Positions 1-39,812 of a DNA stretch of 64,000 nucleotides are shown here, piece after piece (position 1 is the stretch's first letter; each line of letters opens with the position of its first letter). The DNA lies in assembly GCA_951406725.2 (NCBI GenBank), contig OX597838.1:3658001-3722000 (forward strand). The letters are read 5' to 3'. A model generated the notes under the pieces. It saw nothing but the letters and a program-made list of their open reading frames with translations, did not search any database and was not told the origin of the DNA. This DNA comes from Octopus vulgaris (lineage: Eukaryota). Position numbers and translations under genes: made by a program.

Positions 1-26467
<26,467 letters not shown>

Positions 26468-26620
26468 TTCCAGAAACCTGCAAGTAAAAACAAAAACAGC
26501 TGATGACGTCATTATTCAGTTTTTTTTTCAAGATTTCTTGCCAATAGAGAAAGAACCGGTTTCTAACCTAGATCCAAGGCTCCTTCATTGGAATTTCAAC
26601 ATCAACAACCAAATATTTTT

Positions 26621-28095
26621 GTATGTATGTATGTATGTATGTATGTATGTATGTATGTATGTGTGTGTATGTATGTATGTATGTATGTATGTATGTATGT
26701 ATGTATGTATGTATGTATGTATGTGTATGTATGTATGTATGTATGTATGTATGTATGTGTGTATGTATGTATGTATGTATGTATGTATGTATGTATGTGT
26801 ATGTATGTATGTATGTATGTATGTATGTATGTGTGTGTATGTATGTATGTATGTATGTATGTATGTATGTATGTATGTATGTATGTATGTATGTATGTAT
26901 GTATGTATGTATGTATGTATGTATGTATGTATGTATGTATGTATGTATGTATGTATGTATGTATGTATGTATGTATGTATGTATGTATGTATGTATGTAT
27001 GTATGTATGTATGTATGTATGTATGTATGTATGTATGTATGTATGTATGTATGTATGTATGTATGTATGTATGTATGTATGTATGTATGTATGTATGTAT
27101 GTATGTGTAGTGTATGTATGTATGTATGTATGTATGTATGTGTGTGTGTATGTATGTATGTATGTATGTATGTATGTATGTGTATGTATGTATGTATGTA
27201 TGTATGTATGTATGTATGCATGCATGCATGCATGTATGTATGTATGTATGTATGTATGTATGCATGTATGCATGTATGTATGTATTATGTATGTATGTAT
27301 GTATGTATTATGTATGTATGTATGTATGTATGCATGTATGCATGTATGTATGTATGTATGTATGTATGTATGTATGTATGTATGTATGTATGTGTGTATG
27401 TATGTATGTGTGTGTATGTATGTATGTATGTATGTATGTGTGTGTGTATGTATGTATGTATGTATGTATGTATGTATGTGTGTGTGTATGTATGTATGTA
27501 TGTATGTATGTGTGTGTGTGTATGTATGTATTTATGTATGTATGTGTGTATGTATGTATGTATTATGTATGTATGTATGTATGTATGTATGTATGTATGT
27601 ATGTATGTATGTATGTATGTATGTATGTATGTATGTATGTATGTATGTATGTATGTATGTATGTATGTATGTATGTATGTATGTATTATGTATGTATGTA
27701 TGCATGTATGTATTATGTATTTATGTATGTATGTATGTATGTATGTATGTATGTATGTATGTATGTATGTATGTATGTATGTATGTATGTATGCATGTAT
27801 GCATGTATGTATGTATGTATGTATGTATGTATGTATGTATGTATGCATGTATGTATGTATTATGTATGTATGTATGTATGTATGTATGCATGTATGTATG
27901 TATGTATGTATGTATGTATGTATGTATGTATGTATGTATGTGTGTATGTATGTATGTATGTATGTATGTATGTATGCATGTATGTATGTATGTATGCATG
28001 TGTATGTATGTATGTATGTGTGTATGTATGTATGTATGTATGTATGTATGTATGTATGTATGTATGTATGTATGTGTGTGTGTATGTATGTATGT
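26621..28095. repeat. ~1.5 kb (TATG)n microsatellite upstream of GPCR coding exon 1
   Basis: Direct inspection. Confidence 0.95.
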
Positions 28096-28871
28096 GCAGA
28101 TTTGTATGTTTTATGTATATCCTCATGCATATAGTTGCATATCTAGACATGCTCATATATATTTAAATGAAGAACTTCTGGAAAGTTTTACAGATTTTTA
28201 CAGTTCCGGTGATGGATTGGGTCTGTAGTCTTCGAATTAGCTTTCTCTTTTCTGGTTTTGAGAAGCCTATTTTCTCAAGATTGGTATTTAGGCAATATGC
28301 TTATGTATGTATGTATGTATGTATGTATGTATGTATGTATGTATGTATGTATGTATGTATGTATGTATGTATGTATGTATGTATATGTGCAGGTTTGTAT
28401 GTATGTATGTATGATTTTACTGATTTTAATTCTTGGAAACCTCAGATGGAAAAATTTCGGATTTCTTTTTCTAATCAACTTTTCAAACCTGAAGGAAGAA
28501 AGGTAAAATTGATATCGTCAGGATTTGAACTCAGATGTAAATAACCGGAACAACGAGGAGCGCAAAGTGTTTCCCCGATGCTCTAACGATTCTCCAGAAG
28601 GTCTCAAATATAGGGGCTGCTGGGGGTGCTAAAACACACGATTATAGCAACCCCATACTTTGTACAGGTTCATTTTTCTCTTCTCCCTCCCCTTTCTTTT
28701 TCTTTAAGACCAAGGGTCTTTGTATCACGCTGAATCTCCCCCCGAGAACTACGTTAAGGGTACACGTGTCTGTGGAGTGCTCAACAACTTGAACGTTAAT
28801 TTCACGAGCAGGCTGTTCCACTGATCAGATCAACTGGAACCCTCGTCGTCGTAACCGACGGAATGCCACGG

Positions 28872-29294
<423 letters not shown>

Positions 29295-29843
29295 CTTAGG
29301 CATTGGGCTACTATTAACTTTGTGTAGCACTTCATATTTAAGGCTCCGATGAAGTTGTAGAGTGTTGCTCAGGCACTCAGCTATGAGCCCACTGCATCTT
29401 ATAGCAGAAACAACTGTGAGCTAATGATGTCCATAAGATGATCGTTTATTCGTTTGCCGTTTCATATTCCTACACTTATACATACGATCACTTGGCTGAT
29501 CGAAACTCCGAAGTCACTATCAACAACGTGCTCGTATAAGAACGATAAATTTATACTCTACACAAATATGGAGCAACTCATGAGATAATGTAAAATTGTT
29601 TATTATTATACCTGAAATTAAAAACAAACATTAATATACACACACACACACACACGCGCACACACGATTATTCCGGAGCATATCCACCATCTACTTCAAT
29701 CACTGCTGCCCATTTGCTTGGCAACCGGTCGGAATAATCATTTAAAGATGTTTTTGTTAAATGTTGTTATTGTTTTTGTTGAATAAAATTTCTCGGAAAA
29801 AAAAAGGCCGAAACAACCTAATATATATATATATATGCAACAA

Positions 29844-29880
<37 letters not shown>

Positions 29881-30049
29881 AGAGAGAGAGAGAGGGAGAG
29901 AGAGAGTAACGATTATTTGCCAGTCCTGGTTAGGACGAATGTTACTGTTATTTAGCCCCAGTCCTGCTTTATTATGTTGGCAAATAATCTTTACTCTAGA
30001 GTATTGTTACTGAATGTTTCTTGTTCAGAGATTTAGAAATAATAATTTT

Positions 30050-30145
<96 letters not shown>

Positions 30146-30357
30146 AAGTTAATCCAAACAAGAAAACAAAAACAAAAAAACAACAACGCAAGGACGTGGA
30201 ACAAATAAAGTATTATTGGTCGCTCAGGAAAGAAGGGAAGAAGGAGGGTTTGACGTTTCGAGCGGAGCTCTTCGTCGGAAACATAGGAGAAGGAAAGATC
30301 CAGAGAACGGAAGACAGGGGGAAAAAAAATCGCTAGTGATACAGACGAGGTCACATA
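30146..30357 (-). mobile_element. Penelope-like pLTR remnant with a minimal hammerhead-like motif (30248-30282)
   Basis: Minus strand GTTT CCGACGA A GAGC TCC GCTC GAAAC GTC AAAC. Confidence 0.6.
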
Positions 30358-30791
30358 CTATATATAAAATATAAGATACCCAAAACGTAAATTGGAAGTA
30401 TATAATAACTCTTTCTACCGAAAGCACAAGGCCTCAGAATTTTGGGGAAGGGAATATGTTGATTAAATCGACCCCAGTGTGTAACTGGATGAAAGCAAAG
30501 TCGAGCTCGCCGGAATTTGAACCCAGAACGTAGCGGCAGACGAAATACCCACAAAGCGTTTCGCCCGGCGCGCTAACGATTCTGCCAGCTCGCCCCTACT
30601 TGGATTTATATAATAAATGCTACCAGACCTTACAGGGTATTTCTGAGGGTGGACGAGCTTTATACCCCACTCTACCACGATCTTAACGGAATATACCATA
30701 ACCATATATATGTGTGTGCGTGTTTTTGTGTGTGTGCGTATACATACATACATATATACATATTGACACCTGTACCTCTTTGTTAATCATG

Positions 30792-30828
<37 letters not shown>

Positions 30829-30872
30829 ATACATACATATATATACATACATACACACATACACATATATAC

Positions 30873-30906
<34 letters not shown>

Positions 30907-30961
30907 ATGTATATATATATACACATACACACACATATATATGCATATATATATATTTTTA

Positions 30962-31045
<84 letters not shown>

Positions 31046-31240
31046 CATATATATATGTGTGTGTGTGTGTGTAAAGCATAATATGTTATACATGTATGTA
31101 TATTCTTGTAATTGTCATTTTAGTAAATAAATAAATAAGTTAACATAATATAATGTCTAAAAGTTGATGACTACCACCTATTGATCCGCTCCTTTTTCTT
31201 ATTGCTACACACACACACACACATACACACACACACACAT

Positions 31241-31271
<31 letters not shown>

Positions 31272-31280
31272 AAAATTTAC

Positions 31281-31326
<46 letters not shown>

Positions 31327-31333
31327 ATATATG

Positions 31334-31365
<32 letters not shown>

Positions 31366-31717
31366 CATATATATGCATATACACACACACACACTCACAC
31401 ATATATATATATCATCATCGTTGTTGGTCTTTAGTCCCCAGTCAGTCTAAAGAAAGTAAATTTAAGATCAACGGCGTTCCGCCCATGCCCATCCCGTTTA
31501 CCCTCTTTCTATATTTATATCTACATAAGACATTACTGACGTTATCGTAGGGACATTTGGCTACTCTTTTTAGCAATGAACTGAGATCGAAACAAACGCT
31601 GAGAAAAGAAAGAAAAGTGTGTGTGTGGGGGGGAGGGTCAATACTCTGCCTGCTCAATCCTGATCCAGCTAACCACCGATCAACGTTATTCCAGCCGTGA
31701 CCATCTCGTTTATTTTT

Positions 31718-31759
<42 letters not shown>

Positions 31760-31764
<5 letters not shown>

Positions 31765-31894
31765 GGTGTCCCAAAAAAATGTATACACACCTTAAATAAT
31801 TGTAAATTTGTTATTCTTTGTAAGCCTAGTACTTATTCTATCGTTCTCTTTTGCCGAACCACTATGTGTATACATTTTTTTGGGACACCCTGTA
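31760..31894. mobile_element. Tc1/mariner-type MITE carrying an internal SINE fragment
   Basis: TIRs CAGGGTGTCCCAAAAAAATGTATACACA / TGTGTATACATTTTTTTGGGACACCCTG, TA-flanked. Confidence 0.8.
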
Positions 31895-31912
31895 TATATA
31901 TATATATATATT

Positions 31913-32013
<101 letters not shown>

Positions 32014-32227
32014 ATTTGTTTTCAGGTTAGGCTGGCTGTGTGGTAAAAAAGTTTTCTTCCCAACCTCATAGTTTCAGGTTCTGTCCCACCGCGTTGCACC
32101 TTGGGCAGGTGTGTTATATTATAGGTCCGGGCTGACCAAAGCCTTGTGAGCGGACTTGGTGGAACGGAAACTGTGTGGAATCCGATGTATATACACATCC
32201 ACACGCATATACATACATACATGCCTC

Positions 32228-32273
<46 letters not shown>

Positions 32274-32333
32274 ATTTCTGCTATGTATTGAGTACCTTAT
32301 TTACTGTGGTTAACCCCGAATCAACCCGGGACC

Positions 32334-32403
<70 letters not shown>

Positions 32404-33224
32404 TGTATGTGTGTATACACATATATAAATGTATGTGTATCTTTGTGTTTGTGTTTTTCCCCTGCCACTACTTAACAACCGGTGTTAGTTTGTTTACCAC
32501 CCCGTAATTTGGCGGTTCGGCAAAAGTAACCGATACAATAAGTAGCAGGTTTAAAATTTTTTTTTTTTTAATTACTAAATAATAAAAAAAAGAGTACTGG
32601 GAACTATTTGTTCAACTAAACCTGTTGAAGGCTATGCCCCAGCATGGCCGCAGTCCAATGTTTGAAACAAAATAGAACATAGAAGATAAAAGATGAAAAA
32701 CGGTGTAAATGTTGATTGGGATTTGGTTGTTATTTCTAGCACGACGGGAGACCATATTGGAGACTGCCTCGTTGATTGTGCGTCGTGGGAAGGGGGAGAG
32801 TTTGGTTGATGATGGCGGTGGCGGCTGTGGTGCTTGTGGTGCTTGTGGTGGTGGCGGCGGTGGTGGTGGTGCTTGTGGTGGTGGTTGCGGTGGTGAGAGG
32901 AAGACGGTCTGACTTACCTGTTAATATGTAATGTGGACCATGGAGAATAGCTTTGAATGTTGTTTGGCCTCCTCAGTCCGACACTGATTGACTTTCCTTA
33001 CAGCAACACACACAGAGCTTTGGTGTGAGAGAGATAGATAGACAGAAGGATAGATAGATAGATAGATAGATAGATAGAGAGAGAGAAATAGAAATAGAGG
33101 GGGAGAGATGTGTGTGTGTGTATATGTGTGAGAGGGCGTATGTAAATGTGGGAGTGGGAGGTATTAAAGCTATAAGGGGAAGAGGGGGGAAAAACGATCG
33201 CCTCTCTCCCTCCCGCTCTTTCTC

Positions 33225-33291
<67 letters not shown>

Positions 33292-34348
33292 AATTTATCT
33301 CTTTCTCCCATTTCCTCCCACCTTCTCTCTCCCTTCCTGCCTCTGCCTCATTCGCTCTCTACCTCCTTTCCTCCCAACCTCCGTTTCCCACCCATTCTCT
33401 CTCTCTCTCTCCCTCCTCTCTCTCTCTCTTTCTCTATCTCTCACTTTCCCTCTCGGTATGAGGGAGTGGGAGATTAAAACTGTAAGAAGCAAAACGGTTG
33501 CTTCTCTCCTACTTTCCCCCTTCTCTCCACTCCCCCCTTCTCTCTCTCTCTCTTTAAACCGTGGGACAGAGCTGAATATCTGGACGATCTCCCTCCCTCC
33601 CTCCCTCCCTACTCTTACTCTCTCACTAATCACTTTCTCTCTATCTCTCTCTCTCAACCATTCTCTTTCGTTCCCTCCCTTTCTCTTTTAATCTCCCTCA
33701 CCCTCTCTTTCGATCTGTGTGAATGTGTGTGTGTGTGCACGAGGATCATGAACAAAAAAGGAGACACACGCTCTCTCCCTCTCTCTCCCTCTCTCTCTTC
33801 CTCCTGTCTTTCGTTTCTCTCTTCCGCTTCCCTTCTCTTTCTCTATCTCCTTCTCACTCTGTCTTTCTTTGTAGGGGTGGCGGGTGGGGGGGCATTATGC
33901 CTGAATCTATCGAAAGGTTTGTATTTGTTGTGTGTCATTTATCTTTTACTTATTTCAAGCATTGGGCAGTGGCCATGCTGGAGCACCGCCTTGAAGGGTT
34001 TTAGTCGAACAAATCGACCTCAGTACATTTTTTTTTCTTCTTTAAGACTACTACTTATCCTATCGTTTTTTCTTTCATTTTTTTTTTTTTTTGCTGTGCC
34101 GCAAGGTTACGGGGACGTAAACATACAAACACCGGTTGTCAAGGGGTTTGGGATTGGGGTTAATTACAGACACAAAGACACACACACACAAGCATATGCG
34201 TACGACGGGCTTCTTTCAGTTTCCGTCTAATAAATCTACTCGGCCAGAGTCTACAGCAGAAGGACACTCGCTCAAGGTGCCACACAGGGAGACTGAACTC
34301 GGAACCATGGGGTTGGGGAAGCAAGCTACTTACCACACAGCCTCATCT

Positions 34349-34433
<85 letters not shown>

Positions 34434-34459
34434 CACACATATATACACATATATGTATG

Positions 34460-34495
<36 letters not shown>

Positions 34496-34552
34496 CATAT
34501 ATATATACATATATATACACACATATATACACATATATATACACACACACAC

Positions 34553-34611
<59 letters not shown>

Positions 34612-34638
34612 TATATACACACGCACATATAAATATAC

Positions 34639-34679
<41 letters not shown>

Positions 34680-34709
34680 TACACCTATATATATATATAC
34701 ATACATACA

Positions 34710-34762
<53 letters not shown>

Positions 34763-34985
34763 AGAGAGAGAGAGAGAGATAGAAATGAATCGTTGGTGTA
34801 ATCCAGATGCTCCTTGTGATCTGATGAGCTGGCTTTCTTTATTTGCGTTGCTTAGTGAATATGCGAGTGTAGTTTATTATGAGTAGCATACGTAAACATC
34901 ATTCATATAAACACTGAAATTACTACTACAGGAAGGCTGCGAAACGGCTGTAACCCCAAGTATGTCAAGTGGTTAAATAAATATA

Positions 34986-35206
34986 CGGTAATCCCTCGCC
35001 ATTTCACGATTCACCTATCGCGGTTTATTATTTAAGCTTATGTTGATTCCTCTGTGGCGTTGTTTTGAATTTATAATAAAATAAATATATACAAATTACA
35101 AAAGTAATGAAAAAATATGCAGTACAGTACTGTTTCTACTTCGCGGATTTTCACCTATCGCGGGGGGATTTGGAACGTAACATCCGCGATAGTCGAGGGA
35201 TTACTG
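34986..35206. mobile_element. pogo/Tigger-like MITE
   Basis: TIRs CGGTAATCCCTCG..CTATCGCGG / CCGCGATAGTCGAGGGATTACTG. Confidence 0.65.
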
Positions 35207-35282
35207 TGTTCTACTCTCATTCCTCCTGACTTTTCATAATTTCATTGATTGTTTCTTCTGCATTACTCTTCTTTTTTAGAAT

Positions 35283-35316
<34 letters not shown>

Positions 35317-35571
35317 TATTATTATCAGATCTACAAAATCTCAAAAATATCGCAATTAACTGCTACTCGGAGTTTCACGTTCTCGTTCATCGGACAATCT
35401 CAACTCTCCGGCGAACGAGAACGTGAAACTCTTGAGTAGCAGTTCATTGCGATATTTTTGAGATGTTTTTTTGCAGTTTTAATAATAATAAAACATATTA
35501 CTCTATTAACCGGTATTCGAGTACGATTTACCCCACTTTGTTTCACATTTCACATTTATGTACTTACTCTG

Positions 35572-35618
<47 letters not shown>

Positions 35619-36123
35619 CACACATATATATTATCAGAAAAGCTACACACTCTCAAACATTAGAGCAGTAATATATTTATTGAAAGTTGATTGTTAAGAC
35701 CAGTCAGCGAGTGACCGTTGGTTTCGGACCTATAAAGCGCTTAGCCGTGATGGACATTTGAGTCTGATAAATCGCCTCTACAACAGCTAAGCGCTTTATT
35801 AGTGCGAAACCAGTGGTTACTCTCTGAACAGTCATACCAAAAAAAAAAACAAGATATATATATATATATATATATATCGCTTGACAACCGATGCTGGTGT
35901 GTTTACGACCCTGTAACTTAGTGGTTCAGCAAAAGCGACCGATAGAATAAGTACTAGGCTTACAAAGAATAAGTCCTGGGGTCGATTTGCTCGACTAAAG
36001 GCGGTGCTCCAACATGGCCGCAGTCACAAGACTGAAACAAGTAAAAGAGTAGAAGAGTATATATATAATAGAAATATTAAAATTACTAAGTCTCACATAT
36101 CTAAGTGTATACACACACACACA

Positions 36124-36216
<93 letters not shown>

Positions 36217-37426
36217 GTATGTGCATATAGATATATATACTTAAATGTATATATGTATATTTTAAGTATACATGCGCATATACAACATAAAACTTATCTA
36301 TCTACACATACACACACACACATACACATATCTAAGTGTATACACACACACACACACACACATTCAAACGACAGAATACATAATGGATGTGAAAGTTCGT
36401 TTCCCACTGCATTCTTCCTCTGTTTGTCACATAACCTTGGGCCACACCTCGTCATACAAAAGGACAAAACGGAGGGGAGGGGGATTCTCGTATGACCACC
36501 TTAGAGACGGGGGTGGGGGGAGGGCAGAGAGAGAAAGAGAGAGAGAAGATAAGAGGAAGGAAGAGAGAGAGGGGGAAGAGAAAGGAATGCAGAGATGTTA
36601 TTTGTAAACTGGTTTAGCAAGGTGAGTGTCGTTGTTATTGTTGATGATGATGGCCACATCATCAATAACAACAACAATAATAATGATATGAGCCAACGCC
36701 AACGGCAGCAGCAGCAGCGCCGAGGCCAACGACAGCAACAAGAACAACGAGAACACATTGTCGATGCAGAACGGCTGACACTTCTGACTTGCAGCAACGC
36801 CTTCTCTCTCTCTCTCTCTTTCTCTCTCTTGTGGCGTGTGTGAGTGAGTGTCTATCTGGCTGTCTATATACATACCTACATATAAACATGCATGCATACA
36901 TACATGTATACATACATACATACATACATACATACATACATGCATACATACATACATACATACATACATACATGTATGCATACATACATACGTACATACA
37001 TACATGCATACAAACATACATACATACATCCATACATACATCCATACATACATACATATATATACATGCATACATACATACATACATGCGTACATACATA
37101 CATACATATAAACATGTGTGCATCTGTTTGTGTGTTGTAACTGTATGTGTGTTTTGACAATCGGTGCTGGTTCGTTTATGTCCTAGTATGCGAGCGGTTC
37201 TGCAAAACAGATGAATTGGTTAAGTACCAAACCTATAAAGATAAGTGCTGCGGTCGATTTGGCCCTCTAAACCCCTCACGAGGGTGCTCCAGTATGGCCA
37301 CAGCCAAAGAACTGAAGCAATCAGAGACAAAAAGATGCACATACACATCTCTCTGCATATATATATTTATATATGTATGTATGTGTATGTATGTATATAC
37401 ATGCATATATATATATAGACACATGC

Positions 37427-37491
<65 letters not shown>

Positions 37492-39020
37492 CTTATGTAT
37501 GTATCTATGTGTGTATATATATGTGTGTGTGTATGTATATACATATATATATATACAGAGAGAGAGATACCTATGTGTATATATATATATACTTATACAT
37601 ATATACATGCATATATATATACACTTACATACATGTATGTATGTATTTATGTATGTGTGTGTATTTATTTATATCTGCATGTGTGTGTATATATATATAT
37701 GTTTGTGTGTGTATATATGATTGATTCTAGTTTCAGCTCATCAGCTGTGGCCATGCTGGGGCACCGCCATAGATACATATATATTTTTACATGTATGTAT
37801 ATATGCATATACATTTATGTGTACGTGTGTGTGGCTATTTGTATGTATGTATTTAATCCACGGTCTGTCTCTTTCCAGTAGACCAACGATAAAAGCCACT
37901 CCAGCCACGCATGACCAGGTAAATTTCGTTGCTATTTCTAGCTGTTTGAGTGACCACAAAAAAATACCCAGCGATTGGACCAAGGGAAGTAACTTCAAAC
38001 GTATCAATCATATGACACACGGAGTTATTTCCCTTGCTCTATATTTTCATTGGTTGATTACTGACTATTTTTGTTTTTTAATTCCAAACCAGGAGTTGGT
38101 CACATTAATGGCCACACTATAAGTTAAAATAAATATGAAACTTACCTCAATAATGGCGCATTGCGGATGTGAGGTAAGAATCTTGCTTCCGAACGACATG
38201 GTTCCGGGTTCAGTCCCACTGCGTGGCACCTTTGGCAAGTGTCTTTTACTATAGCCCCGGGACGACCAAAGCCTTGTGAATGGATTTGGTAGACGGAAAC
38301 TGAAAGAAGCCCGTCGAATATACATACATGTGTGTGTATGTTTATGTGTGTGCGTGTTATCTGTGTGTATGTGTTATGTATGTGTGCGTATTTGTGTCTG
38401 TGTCATCCCCCCAACCCCATCACCACTTGACAACCGATGCTGGTTTGTTTGCGCTCCCGCAATGCATTAGGGGACGCTATGAATTTATTATATTATAGCA
38501 CTGTATACTCTTTTACTTGTTTCTGTCATTTGACTGCGGCCATGCTGGAGCACTGCCTTTAGTCGAGCAACTCGACCCCAAGGACTTATTCTTTGTAAAC
38601 CTAGTACTGATTCTATCGGTCTCTTTTGCTGAACTGCTAAGTTACAGAGACGCAAACACATCAGCATCGGTTGTCAAGCGATGTTGTAGGGAGGGACAAA
38701 CACATACATATATACGACTGGCTTCTTTTCAGTTTCCTTCTACCAAATCCACTCACAAGGCTTTGGTCGGCCCGAGGCTATAGTAGAAGACACTTGCCCA
38801 AGGTGCCATACAAATTATATTAAATATCAAATATTTATTTATACATAAAAATAGGGGTGGGGGCGCTGAGGGTATTATGTGGCCATGACGGGTGGGGCGG
38901 TGACCCAAAACGTTTGAGTCCTCTCGTCTAAAGAAATCCGTTTGAACACGGCATTTCTCTGATAGAACAGAAGCAATTGAAATTAACTAATCTGGCTACA
39001 TTACAATAATTAGACGGATG

Positions 39021-39092
39021 GCCGTGATCGTCTAGTGGTTAGGACCCCACGTTGTGGCCGTGGTAACCCAGGTTCGAATCCTGGTCACGGCA
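39021..39092 (+). tRNA. tRNA-His (anticodon GTG)
   Basis: 72-nt cloverleaf GCCGTGA..TCACGGC A; anticodon GTG at 39054-39056; T-loop GGTTCGAATCC; T-rich tract downstream. Confidence 0.96.
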
Positions 39093-39466
39093 GTCTAATT
39101 TCATTTTGTTTTAGAATAATTCAAATATTCTTCGGCTTCTATACAAAATCCTAGCCCACGGCTGTGGTAGGGAGTTGTAAGTTAATTCTAGATATTCTAC
39201 GACTTCAGGTTCGAATCCTGTTCATGGCAGTCCATCTTCATTTTGTTTCAAAATAAATTCTGACGTCTTTTGGCATCAGGTTCGAATCCTAGCCATAGCA
39301 GTTAAGCTTTTTTTTTTATTTTTAAGTTAACTAAGATATTCTCGGTGTCAGGTTCGAATCGCGGTCATGCCGGTGCAACTTTGTTTTAAGTTGATACTTG
39401 ACGTCCTTTCGCATCAGGTTCGAATCTTAATCAGGGCAGTTCAATTTAATTTTGTTTAAATTCAGG
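39069..39466 (+). repeat. Tandem ~66-72 bp array of tRNA-His 3'-half (B-box) copies
   Basis: GGTTCGAATC at 39071, 39208, 39279, 39351 and 39417, plus a degenerate unit (AATCCTAGCCCACGGC) near 39147. Each is followed by a CA[CT]GGCAG-like sequence and usually a T-rich tract. Confidence 0.85.
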
Positions 39467-39524
39467 TAATTTTTGTAAATGAAAGCATCCATCCTGAGAT
39501 CAACTCTCACCTTATCGTCTGCAT

Positions 39525-39812
39525 CAGTCATGGGAAACTTGCGGCCCGCGTGACTTTCAGAATGGTACACGTAACGAAAAATTACATAGTATTTTTCTTG
39601 TAATGTGGCTCGCCCAAGGACGGGCTGTCTCACGCGACCCTCCCAAGGATGACCTGTCTCATGCGGCTCGCCCAAGGACGGGCTGTCTCACGCGACCCGC
39701 CTAAGGATGAGCTGTCTCATGCGGCTCACCCAAGGACGGGCTGTCTCACGCGACCCGCCTAAGGATGAGCTGCCTTATGCGGCCCTTTTCTCGAAAAAGT
39801 TGCTAATTCCTG
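39525..39812. mobile_element. Non-autonomous hAT-like element containing a 29-bp (58-bp higher-order) minisatellite at 39607-39780
   Basis: Imperfect TIRs CAGTCATGGGAAACTT / AAGTTGCTAATTCCTG, subterminal GCGGCCC motifs, degenerate 8-bp flanks; six 29-bp units alternating A/B. Confidence 0.6.

Noticed and set aside
39607-39780. CRISPR-like repeat array
   Set aside because: Head-to-tail units without unique spacers, no cas genes, eukaryotic context.
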